64,000 bases of DNA, taken from positions 384,001 to 448,000 of the IMG/VR virus record IMGVR_UViG_3300037484_000435. One strand, 5' to 3'. The first letter of the stretch is position 1. The number at the start of each line of letters is the position of its first letter. The position numbers were made by a program, and so were the translations under genes. The stretch comes from a virus (Duplodnaviria > Caudoviricetes). Below the pieces are notes generated by a model. That model saw only the letters and a list, made by a program, of their open reading frames with translations. It was not told the origin of the DNA and ran no database searches. Shown piece after piece: positions 18,963 to 29,048 of the stretch.

Positions 18963-20513
18963 ATGGATATAGATTTTAGAGACCCTGTGGAACGATTTTC
19001 CTTCATCTCCCTGCTTACCGGCCAAGTTATATATGACTATAATGTTACCACAGGAAAAATTGAGTGGTATGGGGCGGTAGAACAGGTCACAGGTTATAGT
19101 TTAAAAGCATTTAATGCTAAAGTAGATATACATAACTGGGCACAACTATTACACCTCGAAGATCGTGATAAAGCTCTGAGGTTATTGTTGGAAGCTTCAA
19201 CAAACAAAACTCAATACAATACTACTTATAGATTACGTAGAAAAGACAGTACCTATACCTACATAGAAGATGTAGGGTCATTCTTTTACGGGCCCGATGA
19301 CACTCCAGTCAGAATGTTAGGGGTTATGAAAGATATTACGGATGCAAGAAAAACACAACGTATGCTGATCCGAACTGAGAGACTTAAATCTATTGCTGAG
19401 CTTTCTGCTGGAGTATCTCATAATTTCAATAATGTGTTACAAGCGATTTTGGGGTGCACCCAAGTAGCAATGCTGGAACTTGAAAAAAATAATATACCCG
19501 GCACTATGGACTTACTCAAAAAAATTCTGGATAATTGCAACACAGGGGCCCGCACAGTAAGTAGACTGCAATCTTTTTCTTGTGCTAAAGAAGATTCCCC
19601 CGCACCTTGCGATGAGACTATAGATGTGTCCCAAGTTATAAAAAAATGTATTGATATGAGTGAACCTCGTTGGAAAACTATGCCAGAAAAGAGGGGCATA
19701 TTTATCGAAGTAAAAACATCTTTAGAAAAAAATCTGACCGTTAAGATGAAAGAGAGTGATTTAGTTGAGGTAATAATGAACTTAACTAATAATGCAGTTG
19801 ACGCAATGCCCTTTGGTGGAACACTTGCTTTCCGCACATTTCTAGACACTGAATTTAATTCTGTGGCTATCGAAGTAGTTGATACAGGAACAGGAATAGC
19901 AGATGTCAATAAGTCTTATATCTTTGAACCTTTTTGGACAACCAAAGGAAAAGAAGGTACAGGGTTAGGGCTAGCCTCTAGTTTTGGTATTATTTCATCT
20001 TATCAGGGGTCTATCAATTTAGAGAGCTCAGAAGGTAAAGGAACTAGTTTTAAAATTCTACTACCACAGGCCTCGGAGGGCCCAGAGGGCCAACCTTATT
20101 TAGACACAGTTGTCATGAATAAGGTGCTTAAGATATTAGTTATTGATGACCAAGAAACGATAGCAGAACTTTATGCTAAAGGGTTGGAGATGTTAGGGCA
20201 CGAGACCTATTCAGCCACCTCAGGCATTGAGGGTCTACCAATCTTTTATAGTAAACAACCAGACGTAATAATTTGTGACCTGACAATGCCAGAAATGAAT
20301 GGTTGGCAAATTGGTAACGTAATACAAGAGTATGTGGCTAGTTATCACATTAAAAAACCATTATTTATTATGTTGACTGGGTGGGGTATCTCAGATGAAC
20401 TAGAAGAGATAGAAAAGTCTGGGGTGGATATAATCCTACAAAAACCTACTGACTTAAAAACACTAGTGTCTGAAATTAGCAAGGCACTTAAGTTACAAAA
20501 GGAAATAAAATGA
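18963..20513 (+). CDS. hybrid sensor histidine kinase (PAS-HisKA-HATPase-REC)
   Basis: GVSHNFNN H-box, NLTNNAVDAM, DTGTGI, FEPFWTTK, GTGLGL, receiver IDD...CDLTMP...K. Confidence 0.93.
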   Translation: MDIDFRDPVERFSFISLLTGQVIYDYNVTTGKIEWYGAVEQVTGYSLKAFNAKVDIHNWAQLLHLEDRDKALRLLLEASTNKTQYNTTYRLRRKDSTYTYIEDVGSFFYGPDDTPVRMLGVMKDITDARKTQRMLIRTERLKSIAELSAGVSHNFNNVLQAILGCTQVAMLELEKNNIPGTMDLLKKILDNCNTGARTVSRLQSFSCAKEDSPAPCDETIDVSQVIKKCIDMSEPRWKTMPEKRGIFIEVKTSLEKNLTVKMKESDLVEVIMNLTNNAVDAMPFGGTLAFRTFLDTEFNSVAIEVVDTGTGIADVNKSYIFEPFWTTKGKEGTGLGLASSFGIISSYQGSINLESSEGKGTSFKILLPQASEGPEGQPYLDTVVMNKVLKILVIDDQETIAELYAKGLEMLGHETYSATSGIEGLPIFYSKQPDVIICDLTMPEMNGWQIGNVIQEYVASYHIKKPLFIMLTGWGISDELEEIEKSGVDIILQKPTDLKTLVSEISKALKLQKEIK

Positions 20514-20662
20514 GGAAAACAGTTGTAAAAAAATTGTGGAAATTAGCGGCCTCCTTGGAACAGAAAAGTTCCATGACTAAAACACCCGAGGGTGCTGTTA
20601 GATGGGAAGGATTCGCTAGATTGTATAAAGACATGAAAAAGGCCTATAAGGCAGGGAAATAA
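20510..20662 (+). CDS. small basic protein (50 aa)
   Basis: Not in track; ATGA overlap; [16 protein letters not shown]... Confidence 0.55.
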   Translation: MRKTVVKKLWKLAASLEQKSSMTKTPEGAVRWEGFARLYKDMKKAYKAGK

Positions 20663-20664
20663 GC

Positions 20665-21267
20665 ATGAAACAAACATTAGTCCCGATTGTCATTGAGAAA
20701 ACTAGCAAGGGCGAGAGATCGTATGATATATATTCTAGACTCCTGAAAGAGCGTATCATCTTTTTGGGCACAGGTATAGATGATGATGTGGCCAATCTGA
20801 TAGTTGCTCAAATGTTATTTTTGGAAAGTGAGTCACCTGATAAAGATATTTATCTATATATTAATTCCCCGGGCGGGCATGTTACTTCGGGGATGTCTAT
20901 CTACGATACCATGCAATACATAACACCAGACATACAAACCATCTGTATGGGTCAAGCTGCCTCCATGGGATCGTTACTATTGGCCGCAGGTACCGCAGGA
21001 AAACGATTTGCTCTTCCTAACGCCCGTATAATGATACACCAAGTTATGGGGGGCACCAGTGGCCAGGCAACAGATATAGAAATACACGCAAAAGAAATCC
21101 TGAGAGTTAAAGACCAACTAACAAATATTTTATCACAGCACACTGGTAAGCCGTTTGACCAAGTTAAACAAGATTCGGAACGTGATAATTTTATGTCACC
21201 CCAAGAAGCTTTGGATTACGGACTTATCGACCAGATAATTACCAAGAGGAGTCTTCCTAAAGCATGA
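20665..21267 (+). CDS. clpP: ClpP protease proteolytic subunit, host-like
   Basis: [30 protein letters not shown] (Ser), MIHQ (His), RDNFM (Asp). Confidence 0.96.
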   Translation: MKQTLVPIVIEKTSKGERSYDIYSRLLKERIIFLGTGIDDDVANLIVAQMLFLESESPDKDIYLYINSPGGHVTSGMSIYDTMQYITPDIQTICMGQAASMGSLLLAAGTAGKRFALPNARIMIHQVMGGTSGQATDIEIHAKEILRVKDQLTNILSQHTGKPFDQVKQDSERDNFMSPQEALDYGLIDQIITKRSLPKA

Positions 21268-21494
21268 ACATAGCACAACTGAGAAAAGAACTAGACCATT
21301 ATCCCGCGGACTACGTTACTGTGATAAGCCGTAACGCAGATGGAACTTATGCCATCATCGCGATAGAGCCATCAAAATATGAGCAGGAAATGCAAGCTAG
21401 GACTATTACTCATGTAGTGCCTGATCGAAGGTCAGAAAGTAACCAAGATTTACCTAAGCGGGGCGAAATTGGAAGAAAAACCGGTGTACGTTAG
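21264..21494 (+). CDS. hypothetical protein
   Basis: Coupled ORF. Confidence 0.55.
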   Translation: MNIAQLRKELDHYPADYVTVISRNADGTYAIIAIEPSKYEQEMQARTITHVVPDRRSESNQDLPKRGEIGRKTGVR

Positions 21495-22044
21495 ACAACT
21501 TATTGAAAAATACCACAAATTTGGTATAATAAAGCGTAAGGGCCCAGATTATCCTGATGGTTTTAAATTGAAATCTGGTAAGATTAGTGATATTTATATT
21601 AACATAAGAGATTTAATACGTATTCCTTCTTTGTTCAACTTTACTATGCACGTAATGCATCAACTTATTACTGACAAATATGATAACACTGTGAAGAATC
21701 CATGTGTGTTAGGGATACCCACTATGGGGGCTGTTATCGCCCCTATAATGGCTTATAAAAAGGGGTGCAGATTAGTAGTAATAAGGCAAAATAAAAGAGA
21801 CCATGGCATTGGAAAAGAACTCGAAGGCGACTTGACCCCACACATAATCATGATTGATGATGTAATAACCTCTGGGTCATCTAGAGATGAGACAATAGAG
21901 CGGTATATCAAACCAGTGTTTGGGAAAGATTACCAATTAGATACCTTTGTTATAGTAGATAGAAGGGGAAGGAAAAAGAAAGCGGAGCGGGTATACGCTT
22001 TGGCAACGTTGGATGAAATCAGAAAATTTGACCCCCAGCACTAG
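21469..22044 (+). CDS. pyrE: orotate phosphoribosyltransferase-like protein
   Basis: FKLKSGKISDIYINIR, R...RDHG...LEG, MIDDVITSGSS PRPP-binding motif. Confidence 0.85.
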   Translation: MEEKPVYVRQLIEKYHKFGIIKRKGPDYPDGFKLKSGKISDIYINIRDLIRIPSLFNFTMHVMHQLITDKYDNTVKNPCVLGIPTMGAVIAPIMAYKKGCRLVVIRQNKRDHGIGKELEGDLTPHIIMIDDVITSGSSRDETIERYIKPVFGKDYQLDTFVIVDRRGRKKKAERVYALATLDEIRKFDPQH

Positions 22045-22080
22045 AGAGGAAATAAAATAAAATAGTTGTGGTGATATATC

Positions 22081-22335
22081 ATGAGTTTAATGGATGATTT
22101 AGAATTAGAGAAGGATATGCTTGAATTGGCTCTCTACAGAAAAAACGAATTAAAGTCTATATTAAGACCCCTCATAAGGCAATATGATGCGGTAAAAAAA
22201 GAAATAGAGGCCCGAAAGAAAAGGGCGGAAAGGTTAATACAGGAGAATCAGGATCGAAAGCTTGCACGGACTTATGGTGAATTTTTAGAGACTGTGAAGA
22301 TTGAAGACTACGATTTGGATTTTCCCAAGGAGTAA
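22081..22335 (+). CDS. coiled-coil hypothetical protein
   Basis: 84-aa helical ORF. Confidence 0.6.
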   Translation: MSLMDDLELEKDMLELALYRKNELKSILRPLIRQYDAVKKEIEARKKRAERLIQENQDRKLARTYGEFLETVKIEDYDLDFPKE

Positions 22336-22336
22336 G

Positions 22337-22693
22337 ATGAAAATAACTAAATTTTCAACCATAATGGTATTAATATTATTGGTTGGTTTATTGTTATTGG
22401 GTGGGTGTACAGACTCCCCGAAAGCACCAGTAATGATGTCAGTAGAGGGGTTTGTTCGGGCAGTTGAAATTTCACGGATAACAAATTGGACAGGAGTACA
22501 TCCCCTAACAGCTATTTGGTTTGAGGATGGTCGAGTTAAATATTTTGTAAAAAGTTACCCAGACATGGTGAAACAGGGTTATAATAATAAGATTAATTAT
22601 AAAAGGGTCTATCTAGCTAATGGGGAATTTTATGATATGATAAAAGGCCCAGTAGAATTTCCAGAACCGAAAGAACCCAAACCTGAGAATTAA
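22337..22693 (+). CDS. lipoprotein
   Basis: Signal peptide with lipobox LGGC. Confidence 0.7.
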   Translation: MKITKFSTIMVLILLVGLLLLGGCTDSPKAPVMMSVEGFVRAVEISRITNWTGVHPLTAIWFEDGRVKYFVKSYPDMVKQGYNNKINYKRVYLANGEFYDMIKGPVEFPEPKEPKPEN

Positions 22694-22768
22694 CTAACCT
22701 GGCATAAAAAGTAAGAGGATAGCGTTCGTGTTTACATGCCCTATAGAGGGCGGGAGAAGACCAAATAT

Positions 22769-22846
22769 ATGATTGAGTTTTTCTTAGCGTTGAGTGTGTT
22801 TCTCTTAAGTTTCTCCCTTTTCATTAAGATAGTAGTTCACAGATAG
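22769..22846 (+). CDS. 25-aa hydrophobic peptide, type I toxin-like
   Basis: MIEFFLALSVFLLSFSLFIKIVVHR; SD GGGAG; flanked by a 12-bp inverted repeat. Confidence 0.5.
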   Translation: MIEFFLALSVFLLSFSLFIKIVVHR

Positions 22847-22942
22847 TTAAATAATCAACCGGGCTTCGGCCCCCTTCCAATTTTTCAGTTAGATGTTTGA
22901 AAACGCTATCCTCCCTAACCCAAAATAAATTTAGGATTTAAT

Positions 22943-23110
22943 ATGATTGGCAAAATACTGTCTTGCTTTATAGCAATATTTATCATACCGTTTTTTCTGG
23001 TGGCCTGTATATTTGCTGTTACAAGCCGCCCCCTCTCGTATGAACACCCTATTGCACGGATAGTCTTGATGGGCAGTTCTTACATCAACAAGCACTGGAG
23101 ATTAATCTAA
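22943..23110 (+). CDS. small membrane protein (55 aa)
   Basis: Not in track; N-terminal transmembrane segment; TAATG coupling. Confidence 0.6.
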   Translation: MIGKILSCFIAIFIIPFFLVACIFAVTSRPLSYEHPIARIVLMGSSYINKHWRLI

Positions 23111-24142
23111 TGGCTGAATGTAGTGATTGTGATAAGCTGGGGAATTTTAATAAACTCCAGAAGATTACGTGGCATCTCTTGGAAATCACCGAGCTGATAG
23201 GTGAAGAGATACCTATTGTCTTCTTGCCCAGATGGGCCGACCCTGGAAAGGACCCGCTTAAAGGTAAAACATGTTTGATAGTTAGGAATCAGGATTTTAG
23301 ACAAGAACTGGAAAATATATATGGCTACGTCATGGACGGCATGAAGGATTTCGATGAGATAGAAAAACAGAAAAAAGAAGGAGGACTACACTAAATGGAC
23401 CCAACGAGACTAATGCAGACAGTTTATCCCGAAGAAACAGGCCTTACAATTAGGCAAGGACAAGTCGAACTAACTTGGGTTAAAGTGCATTCCTACGGGC
23501 AACATTTACTTATAAAAACCTATCTGCAGACAGACGAAGAAGCTGGTGGAAGAGCAGAGAATAGACGAGCAATGTTAGTAATGTTAGAAGGACAATCTTA
23601 TTACCACAATGGAGTGGAAGGTATCTACGAGAATGTGGGGGATTGTGAAAAAGCACCGCGTGAATTTGCTATAAGAACTCTGCTTATCAAAAGTCAATCT
23701 GACTTCCTTGACGCAAGGGGAGACTGGGATTATGAGAAATTAGTAAAAAGGAACATGCATGACAATTTGGATATGGTTATTTCCACCAACGGTAAGGCGA
23801 CCAACCTTAAGTCCTTTAGAAAAGGCCCGCGAGAAGGTAGATGGCTTACTTTTGAGGAGATTTCTACTTTGATGGGGTGTAAAAGTGGATGATTACTTTT
23901 ATATCAGAGTCTGTGAAAGATGGGGATATGACAACTTGTGTGTAGCCGAACAACAAATAGACCCTAATACAGGAAGGTTTATCGATATAGAAGTTTACCA
24001 ATATGACCCCAATAGGTTCCGTGCCCTATATGAATACGCACACACACGCTATTCCACCTACTCTTCAGAAGACACGGAGTCAATGATTCAATTAAGATAC
24101 CCTAATAAAATTTGGGTGCTTAGGAGAAGAAACATCAAGTAG
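23110..24142 (+). other. three hypothetical ORFs (23110-23394, 23395-23892, 23885-24142)
   Basis: Coupled ORFs. Confidence 0.7.
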
Positions 24143-24161
24143 GAAAATAAAATTAACTAGC

Positions 24162-24201
24162 CTCCTGTGATAAATAAATGCTAATTACATATCTACAGGA
24201 G
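24162..24201 (+). promoter_or_regulatory. hairpin sequestering the SD of the downstream homing endonuclease gene
   Basis: CTCCTGT-GAT...ATC-T-ACAGGAG, with GATAAATA spanning the end of the 5' arm and the loop. Confidence 0.55.
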
Positions 24202-24210
24202 TAAGGAAAG

Positions 24211-25194
24211 ATGGAACAATCAAAAAACGTAAAGTGGTCTCTGGATGAAATCAACTTACTAAAGCAGCTATATCCTAATCCAAAAAATAAACAACAAATC
24301 TTAGAATTATTGCCACACAGAACGTGGGGAAGTATAAGGACTGAGTCCTACAAGTTGGGCGTAACTATGGAGAAACCCACTAAATGTTTATTAGACTTCT
24401 CAAACATAGATTCTGAAGAAAAAGCTTATATACTAGGATTTATAGCGGCGGACGGATTTATTTCCAATACAAATAAACAGTTTAATTGCTGGGTTTTAGG
24501 AATACAAATAGCAGAAAAAGATTTAATTTTATTAAGGCAAATAAGAGATTTATTGAACCCCAATCTTAAATTGAGTTGTACACATTACGCAGATAAACCT
24601 AATTGGTCAGATTGTTACAGATTAACAATGTATGATAATAAATTATGTAATGACCTCAAGGCACACGGAATTACGGAAAATAAAAGTAAAACATTGACAC
24701 CCTCAAATGGAATACCAGAGGAACTTATCCACCATTATATTCGTGGATATTTTGATGGAGACGGCAGTTTCTGGATTCGGAAGGGAGACGGTCGTCTCTA
24801 TGCTGGGTTTGCTGGAAGTGAATCTATGATGAATTATATATCAACTTGGTTCAAACAACAATATAAACATGAGTGTACCTTACGGAAGAAAGAAGGATGT
24901 TATTTGTTAACTTATTGTGGATTTACTGCGATCAATTTAGCTAAACTTCTATACTCCGATGCTACTATATATTTAGAAAGAAAATATTTAAGAGCAGCGA
25001 AGTTCTTCGATAAGGAACGACAAGAGCATATAATAGACAAATTAAATGGAGACAATATATGTAAATTATATAAAGAGCTGGGAACATGGACAAAAGTTGC
25101 TGAATATTTAGGAGTTAATGTAAGTTATATATCACGAATAAAAGATGGAAAACGAGGTAAAATAGGAAAACTTAATTGTGACAAGTTTAATTAA
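24211..25194 (+). CDS. free-standing LAGLIDADG homing endonuclease with Myb-like N-terminus and C-terminal HTH
   Basis: WSLDE...LP.RTW.SI; ILGFIAADG; IRGYFDGDG; AEYLGVNVSYISRI. Confidence 0.9.
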   Translation: MEQSKNVKWSLDEINLLKQLYPNPKNKQQILELLPHRTWGSIRTESYKLGVTMEKPTKCLLDFSNIDSEEKAYILGFIAADGFISNTNKQFNCWVLGIQIAEKDLILLRQIRDLLNPNLKLSCTHYADKPNWSDCYRLTMYDNKLCNDLKAHGITENKSKTLTPSNGIPEELIHHYIRGYFDGDGSFWIRKGDGRLYAGFAGSESMMNYISTWFKQQYKHECTLRKKEGCYLLTYCGFTAINLAKLLYSDATIYLERKYLRAAKFFDKERQEHIIDKLNGDNICKLYKELGTWTKVAEYLGVNVSYISRIKDGKRGKIGKLNCDKFN

Positions 25195-25717
25195 AAACAA
25201 TATAGGAAGACCCTGTCTTGTAACAGTCGGAGGTCCTCAAGCTTCGGGCAAAACAACTTGGTCTGAAAATTTTTTAACACAAAATCCTAATTTTGTGTAT
25301 ATATGTTCAGACCTATATTGGCCTGTGGACCAACAGGGCCAACGCTACTGGACAGACGACAGCGGAACGAGGAAATGTTGGTATTCGGACCCATTGCCGT
25401 CAGAACTGAAAGAGAGGGCGTATTCGTGGGCACATAAAAAAATGCTGGCTTACATGGATGTTGGGGATGATATTTTATTTGAAGGGACCTTAGTGGATAA
25501 GCACACTAGGAGGAACTTGTTATATGACGCGTGGATGAGTGGTTACGAGGTTCACGGTATATTTTTATTACCCTCATTGTTGGTTTGTGCCCAAAGGAAT
25601 TCTAAGCGAGCCCACCCTGTGCCTGATGTGGTTTTGGCCCGCACCTACGCTAAGGTAGAAGTGCCAGAGGAAGAGGAAGGCTTTGCTACTTTAGAAATAA
25701 GGAAAATGGAAAAGTAA
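25178..25717 (+). CDS. P-loop kinase (AAA_33, polynucleotide kinase-like)
   Basis: GGPQASGKTT, CSD, FEGT, C..RN..R...VP..V. Confidence 0.85.
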   Translation: MTSLIKNNIGRPCLVTVGGPQASGKTTWSENFLTQNPNFVYICSDLYWPVDQQGQRYWTDDSGTRKCWYSDPLPSELKERAYSWAHKKMLAYMDVGDDILFEGTLVDKHTRRNLLYDAWMSGYEVHGIFLLPSLLVCAQRNSKRAHPVPDVVLARTYAKVEVPEEEEGFATLEIRKMEK

Positions 25718-25718
25718 A

Positions 25719-26568
25719 ATGGCAGATAGAACGTCAGCAGGATTATTCGGAAATATATTTGAATATATTGTAGGACACACCGAAATGGATGTAGAGGATT
25801 TCATAAAGTGGTTATGGAAACAACAAGAGAACTATGACTTTAGTCCTTATCAGATGGGGTGCGATGATGCTCTGTTAGAATTAGGATTAGCTAAATATAT
25901 TAAGAAAGACGATTTTGATATTATAATATTCAAAGGAGATGAAAGATGGGACGAACAGAATACCTAGTAGAGTGTTTATCAAACTTGGGACATGTCTTTG
26001 AACAGTCGGTCGGCATTTGGTTGGATGAAGGTGCGGAACGAAAGGCAATGCTAGTAATAAATGATAAACAACTATTCGAAGATTTTCAAAGGATTGTGGA
26101 AGCAATTAAAACTGGGGTTCATCCGACTATGCAAGCTGACCCACGAATTAAGTAAATGAAAGTAGACATATCGACAGTTATTAAACAAGATGATTTTATC
26201 CAAGGGTTTAAAAATGGCTTCTCACAGATTGAGGCTAAATATGGGTGGATATGTCCTAAGTGCGGAGAATATGTTTACAACTTTGCAATAGAAACATTTA
26301 GTCACTACAATCGTGACCCCGCTTTTAGAGACACTGTCATAACCAGAAGTATCGAAATGCCCGAATCTTGGGTATGTGAGGAATGCAAGAAGAAATGACC
26401 AGTAAATATATGGAACGTGAAGAACTATTGAAATGGGTATGGAATAAAATTCGACCTAAAGCTCCATACTGTAATATTTTGGATGAAGACCAAAAAGCCT
26501 ACGATACTATAAAAAATATCCTTATGAATGAAAGAGGGGAGCCACTAGAGGACTCCCCCACAGATTAA
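25719..26568 (+). other. four small ORFs (25719-25967, 25946-26155, 26156-26398 Zn-ribbon, 26383-26568)
   Basis: Coupled ORFs. Confidence 0.65.
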
Positions 26569-26735
26569 CAACAACCGTCAGCACAGGAAGGACATAGGTC
26601 TCGGCAGAATTCTTTAACCATTTCTTGTTTAACCCTTTCTCTCCGAGCCTGTGCATCTAGGTTGTCAAAGTCTTCAGGCTTTAAACCTAGGTTTTTGTAA
26701 AGTTTAGAGTATTTTTCAAGGTGTTCGTCTTTCAT
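26565..26735 (-). CDS. 56-aa protein with Cys-rich C-terminus
   Basis: Not in track; SD AGGAG; ends CRDLCPSCADGCC. Confidence 0.65.
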   Translation of the reverse strand: MKDEHLEKYSKLYKNLGLKPEDFDNLDAQARRERVKQEMVKEFCRDLCPSCADGCC

Positions 26736-26744
26736 ATTACGCTC

Positions 26745-26906
26745 CTAGCCCATATAGCATTCAGTGCATACGCAACGGGGATTCCACTCCCAGTTCCAAA
26801 AATTGCACTCTTCTTGTAGGACATCTTCCTGTCCTTCGCTTTGCTGATCGGGCTCCCGAGCCAAGACATCCCTTGATTCCCAATGTTCTTCTGTGTATTC
26901 GTTCAT
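26745..26906 (-). CDS. 53-aa acidic protein with Cys/Trp-rich C-terminus
   Basis: Not in track; SD GGAGGT; ends CNFWNWEWNPRCVCTECYMG. Confidence 0.65.
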   Translation of the reverse strand: MNEYTEEHWESRDVLAREPDQQSEGQEDVLQEECNFWNWEWNPRCVCTECYMG

Positions 26907-26919
26907 GGTAATTACCTCC

Positions 26920-26933
26920 GCGTAAATTTACGC
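26920..26933. promoter_or_regulatory. perfect 14-bp palindrome between divergent genes
   Basis: GCGTAAATTTACGC. Confidence 0.4.
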
Positions 26934-26971
26934 CTATTAACTTAGATGCCGAAGAGGCAAAAAGGATTCAA

Positions 26972-27912
26972 ATGAAAATAGAAAAAATAAAACCATTCGA
27001 AGGGAGAACAATAAAATTTGCTACCTCAGATCGAAGTAACGACTTAATATGGCGACTAGAAGACAAGATTAATGAAATAATAGATGTCTTAGATATAGAC
27101 TTGCCTGATGATTATTACAAGTGTGAATGTGGTTGTGAGTGGTTTGAGCACACACATAGACAAACCCTAATGAATCCCCCACAAGATATTGTAATATGTA
27201 GGGACTGTAAAAAACGACAGTATATATCGAAGCATAGGTTACCGAAGGCACCAAAATATAAACGCTATGGGATATGGAAGAAAAATGAGGGCTGACAGAC
27301 TCGACGAATTAAACAGACAAGAAACGATAAAATGGGAGCTAGAGACGGCTGAGTGGGAAAAGAAAGCAAACAGATGTCTTTACTGTAGAGCTAAATTTGA
27401 AAGACGCTTAGCCGAAAAGAATTGTGTGGCTTGTGGGGCTAAGTTGCCTAAATATAAATGGCCCAAGGCACCCCCGCTCAGGTGGGTTGAGAAATGAAAT
27501 TAAGAGATATATGCTTGGACACTTTTAAATATTTTGAAGAAGATGAGACAGAAGTAGTGTGTTACCTATACCATATTGCAGAAATAGAGGATTTGTTTAT
27601 GGTGCAGGGCGAAACTTTAAATGAACTCGCGTGGGCCCACATTAAGGGTATGGAGCCTGCGATGTTCTTTTGGGAAAGCCTTAAGAGAGGCGGAAATATA
27701 TTAGAACGAATAAGGGGAGACTAATGGAAGAAACAAAAAAAGAGACACCAGAAATGGGTGATCGTATGGAAGTGATAGAAAGTTTAGTTATGGATAAATT
27801 AATTGAGTCCATTAAAGCTGACTACGACGGTGGAGTTGACCGTTACGGGAGATTATTAGTAGATTTGCTTCATACGAAAGCCGCCCTAATGAAAGCATAT
27901 GGTCGGAATTAG
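26972..27912 (+). other. four small ORFs (26972-27295 DKINE plus Zn, 27267-27497 Zn, 27494-27724, 27724-27912)
   Basis: Coupled ORFs. Confidence 0.7.
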
Positions 27913-27917
27913 GAAAA

Positions 27918-28490
27918 ATGCCGAAATATTTTTTTACTAGCGACACACATTTCTTTAACGAAAAAATTATGGAGCACTGTAAAAGACCCTTTAATAACGT
28001 GGAAGAAATGAATGATAAGCTAATATCTAACTGGAATAAAACAGTTTCTGTAATAGATTACGTTTACCATCTAGGTGACTTTGGTGGGAGCTCATTAATA
28101 GATAATCAGTCAGTATTTAATCAACTTAATGGACGTAAGTACCTGATAAGAGGTAACCACGATTATAGTTACACCACACCCACTGGCTGGGTCTGGGTAA
28201 AAGATACCGCCATGATAAATATTGGCGATCAGTATATTTGGTTATCTCATTATCCACATCGCCTGTGGAATAGGGCTGGGCAAGGTGTTTGGCATCTATT
28301 TGGCCATGTGCATCGAAATAAAGCAGAATACTGGCTATCGTTTAATGTTGGTGTTGATGCTTGGGACTACACCCCTATTAGTTTCGATAAGGTAAAAAAC
28401 CATATGAAGCGTCTACATTTTGAGCAAACATGTGTAGAACAACTCCCAGGTCTTTTTGATGAATACCTAATAGGAGAGGAGGAATTTTGA
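27918..28490 (+). CDS. calcineurin-like metallophosphoesterase
   Basis: SDTHF, YHLGDF, IRGNHD, LSHYP, LFGHVH, NVGVDAW. Confidence 0.92.
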   Translation: MPKYFFTSDTHFFNEKIMEHCKRPFNNVEEMNDKLISNWNKTVSVIDYVYHLGDFGGSSLIDNQSVFNQLNGRKYLIRGNHDYSYTTPTGWVWVKDTAMINIGDQYIWLSHYPHRLWNRAGQGVWHLFGHVHRNKAEYWLSFNVGVDAWDYTPISFDKVKNHMKRLHFEQTCVEQLPGLFDEYLIGEEEF

Positions 28491-29038
28491 GTTTTGACTC
28501 TAAGGAAGAACATGAAGCGTGGTTAAAGGAAAGGGATTCCTACGACAAAGATTTTAAGCAACCTACAATCGAATTGGAAGTGCACCTAGGTGAGAGTGAT
28601 TATTGGCAGATACAGCGTGGCCAACGGGGACGAATCTATAAAATGCAAAATAGACTCTTGCTACTCCGTTTAGAACCATACTGGATCGTGAAGTATTATC
28701 TTGAAGGTGAACTAGAACTCGCCGCTTACTACTTAACACAAGAAGCAGCTCTATTCGAGATGGACCGAATAATGGAATTCGGTAAACATGATGAGCGAAT
28801 GGTCTGCCACTGCGGTCGTTGTAATGCTATGTTTGACGCGGGGTCAGTTGCTAATCTATGTCCTATGTGTGGGGCTGACCATAATGGCAAGGACTTCAAA
28901 GAGTATTCAGGCTGGTCAATCTGGAATCTTAAGCCCGCAGATTATGCGGCGAGCATGTATCTGGAATGGAAAGACCATCTTAAGTGGAGAAAACAGAACG
29001 GAACATTGCCAAAATGGTTTGACGAGGATTTAATGTAA
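28487..29038 (+). CDS. hypothetical protein with Zn ribbon
   Basis: CGRC...CPMCG. Confidence 0.65.
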   Translation: MSFDSKEEHEAWLKERDSYDKDFKQPTIELEVHLGESDYWQIQRGQRGRIYKMQNRLLLLRLEPYWIVKYYLEGELELAAYYLTQEAALFEMDRIMEFGKHDERMVCHCGRCNAMFDAGSVANLCPMCGADHNGKDFKEYSGWSIWNLKPADYAASMYLEWKDHLKWRKQNGTLPKWFDEDLM

Positions 29039-29048
29039 GGAGAATAGA

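Noticed and set aside
19418-19909. 163-aa minus-strand ORF inside the histidine kinase
   Set aside because: Antisense shadow with Ser/Ile-rich composition and no RBS.
4683-25194. LAGLIDADG domains as inteins or intron ORFs
   Set aside because: No N-terminal Cys/Ser or C-terminal His-Asn splice motifs; the flanking genes are intact.
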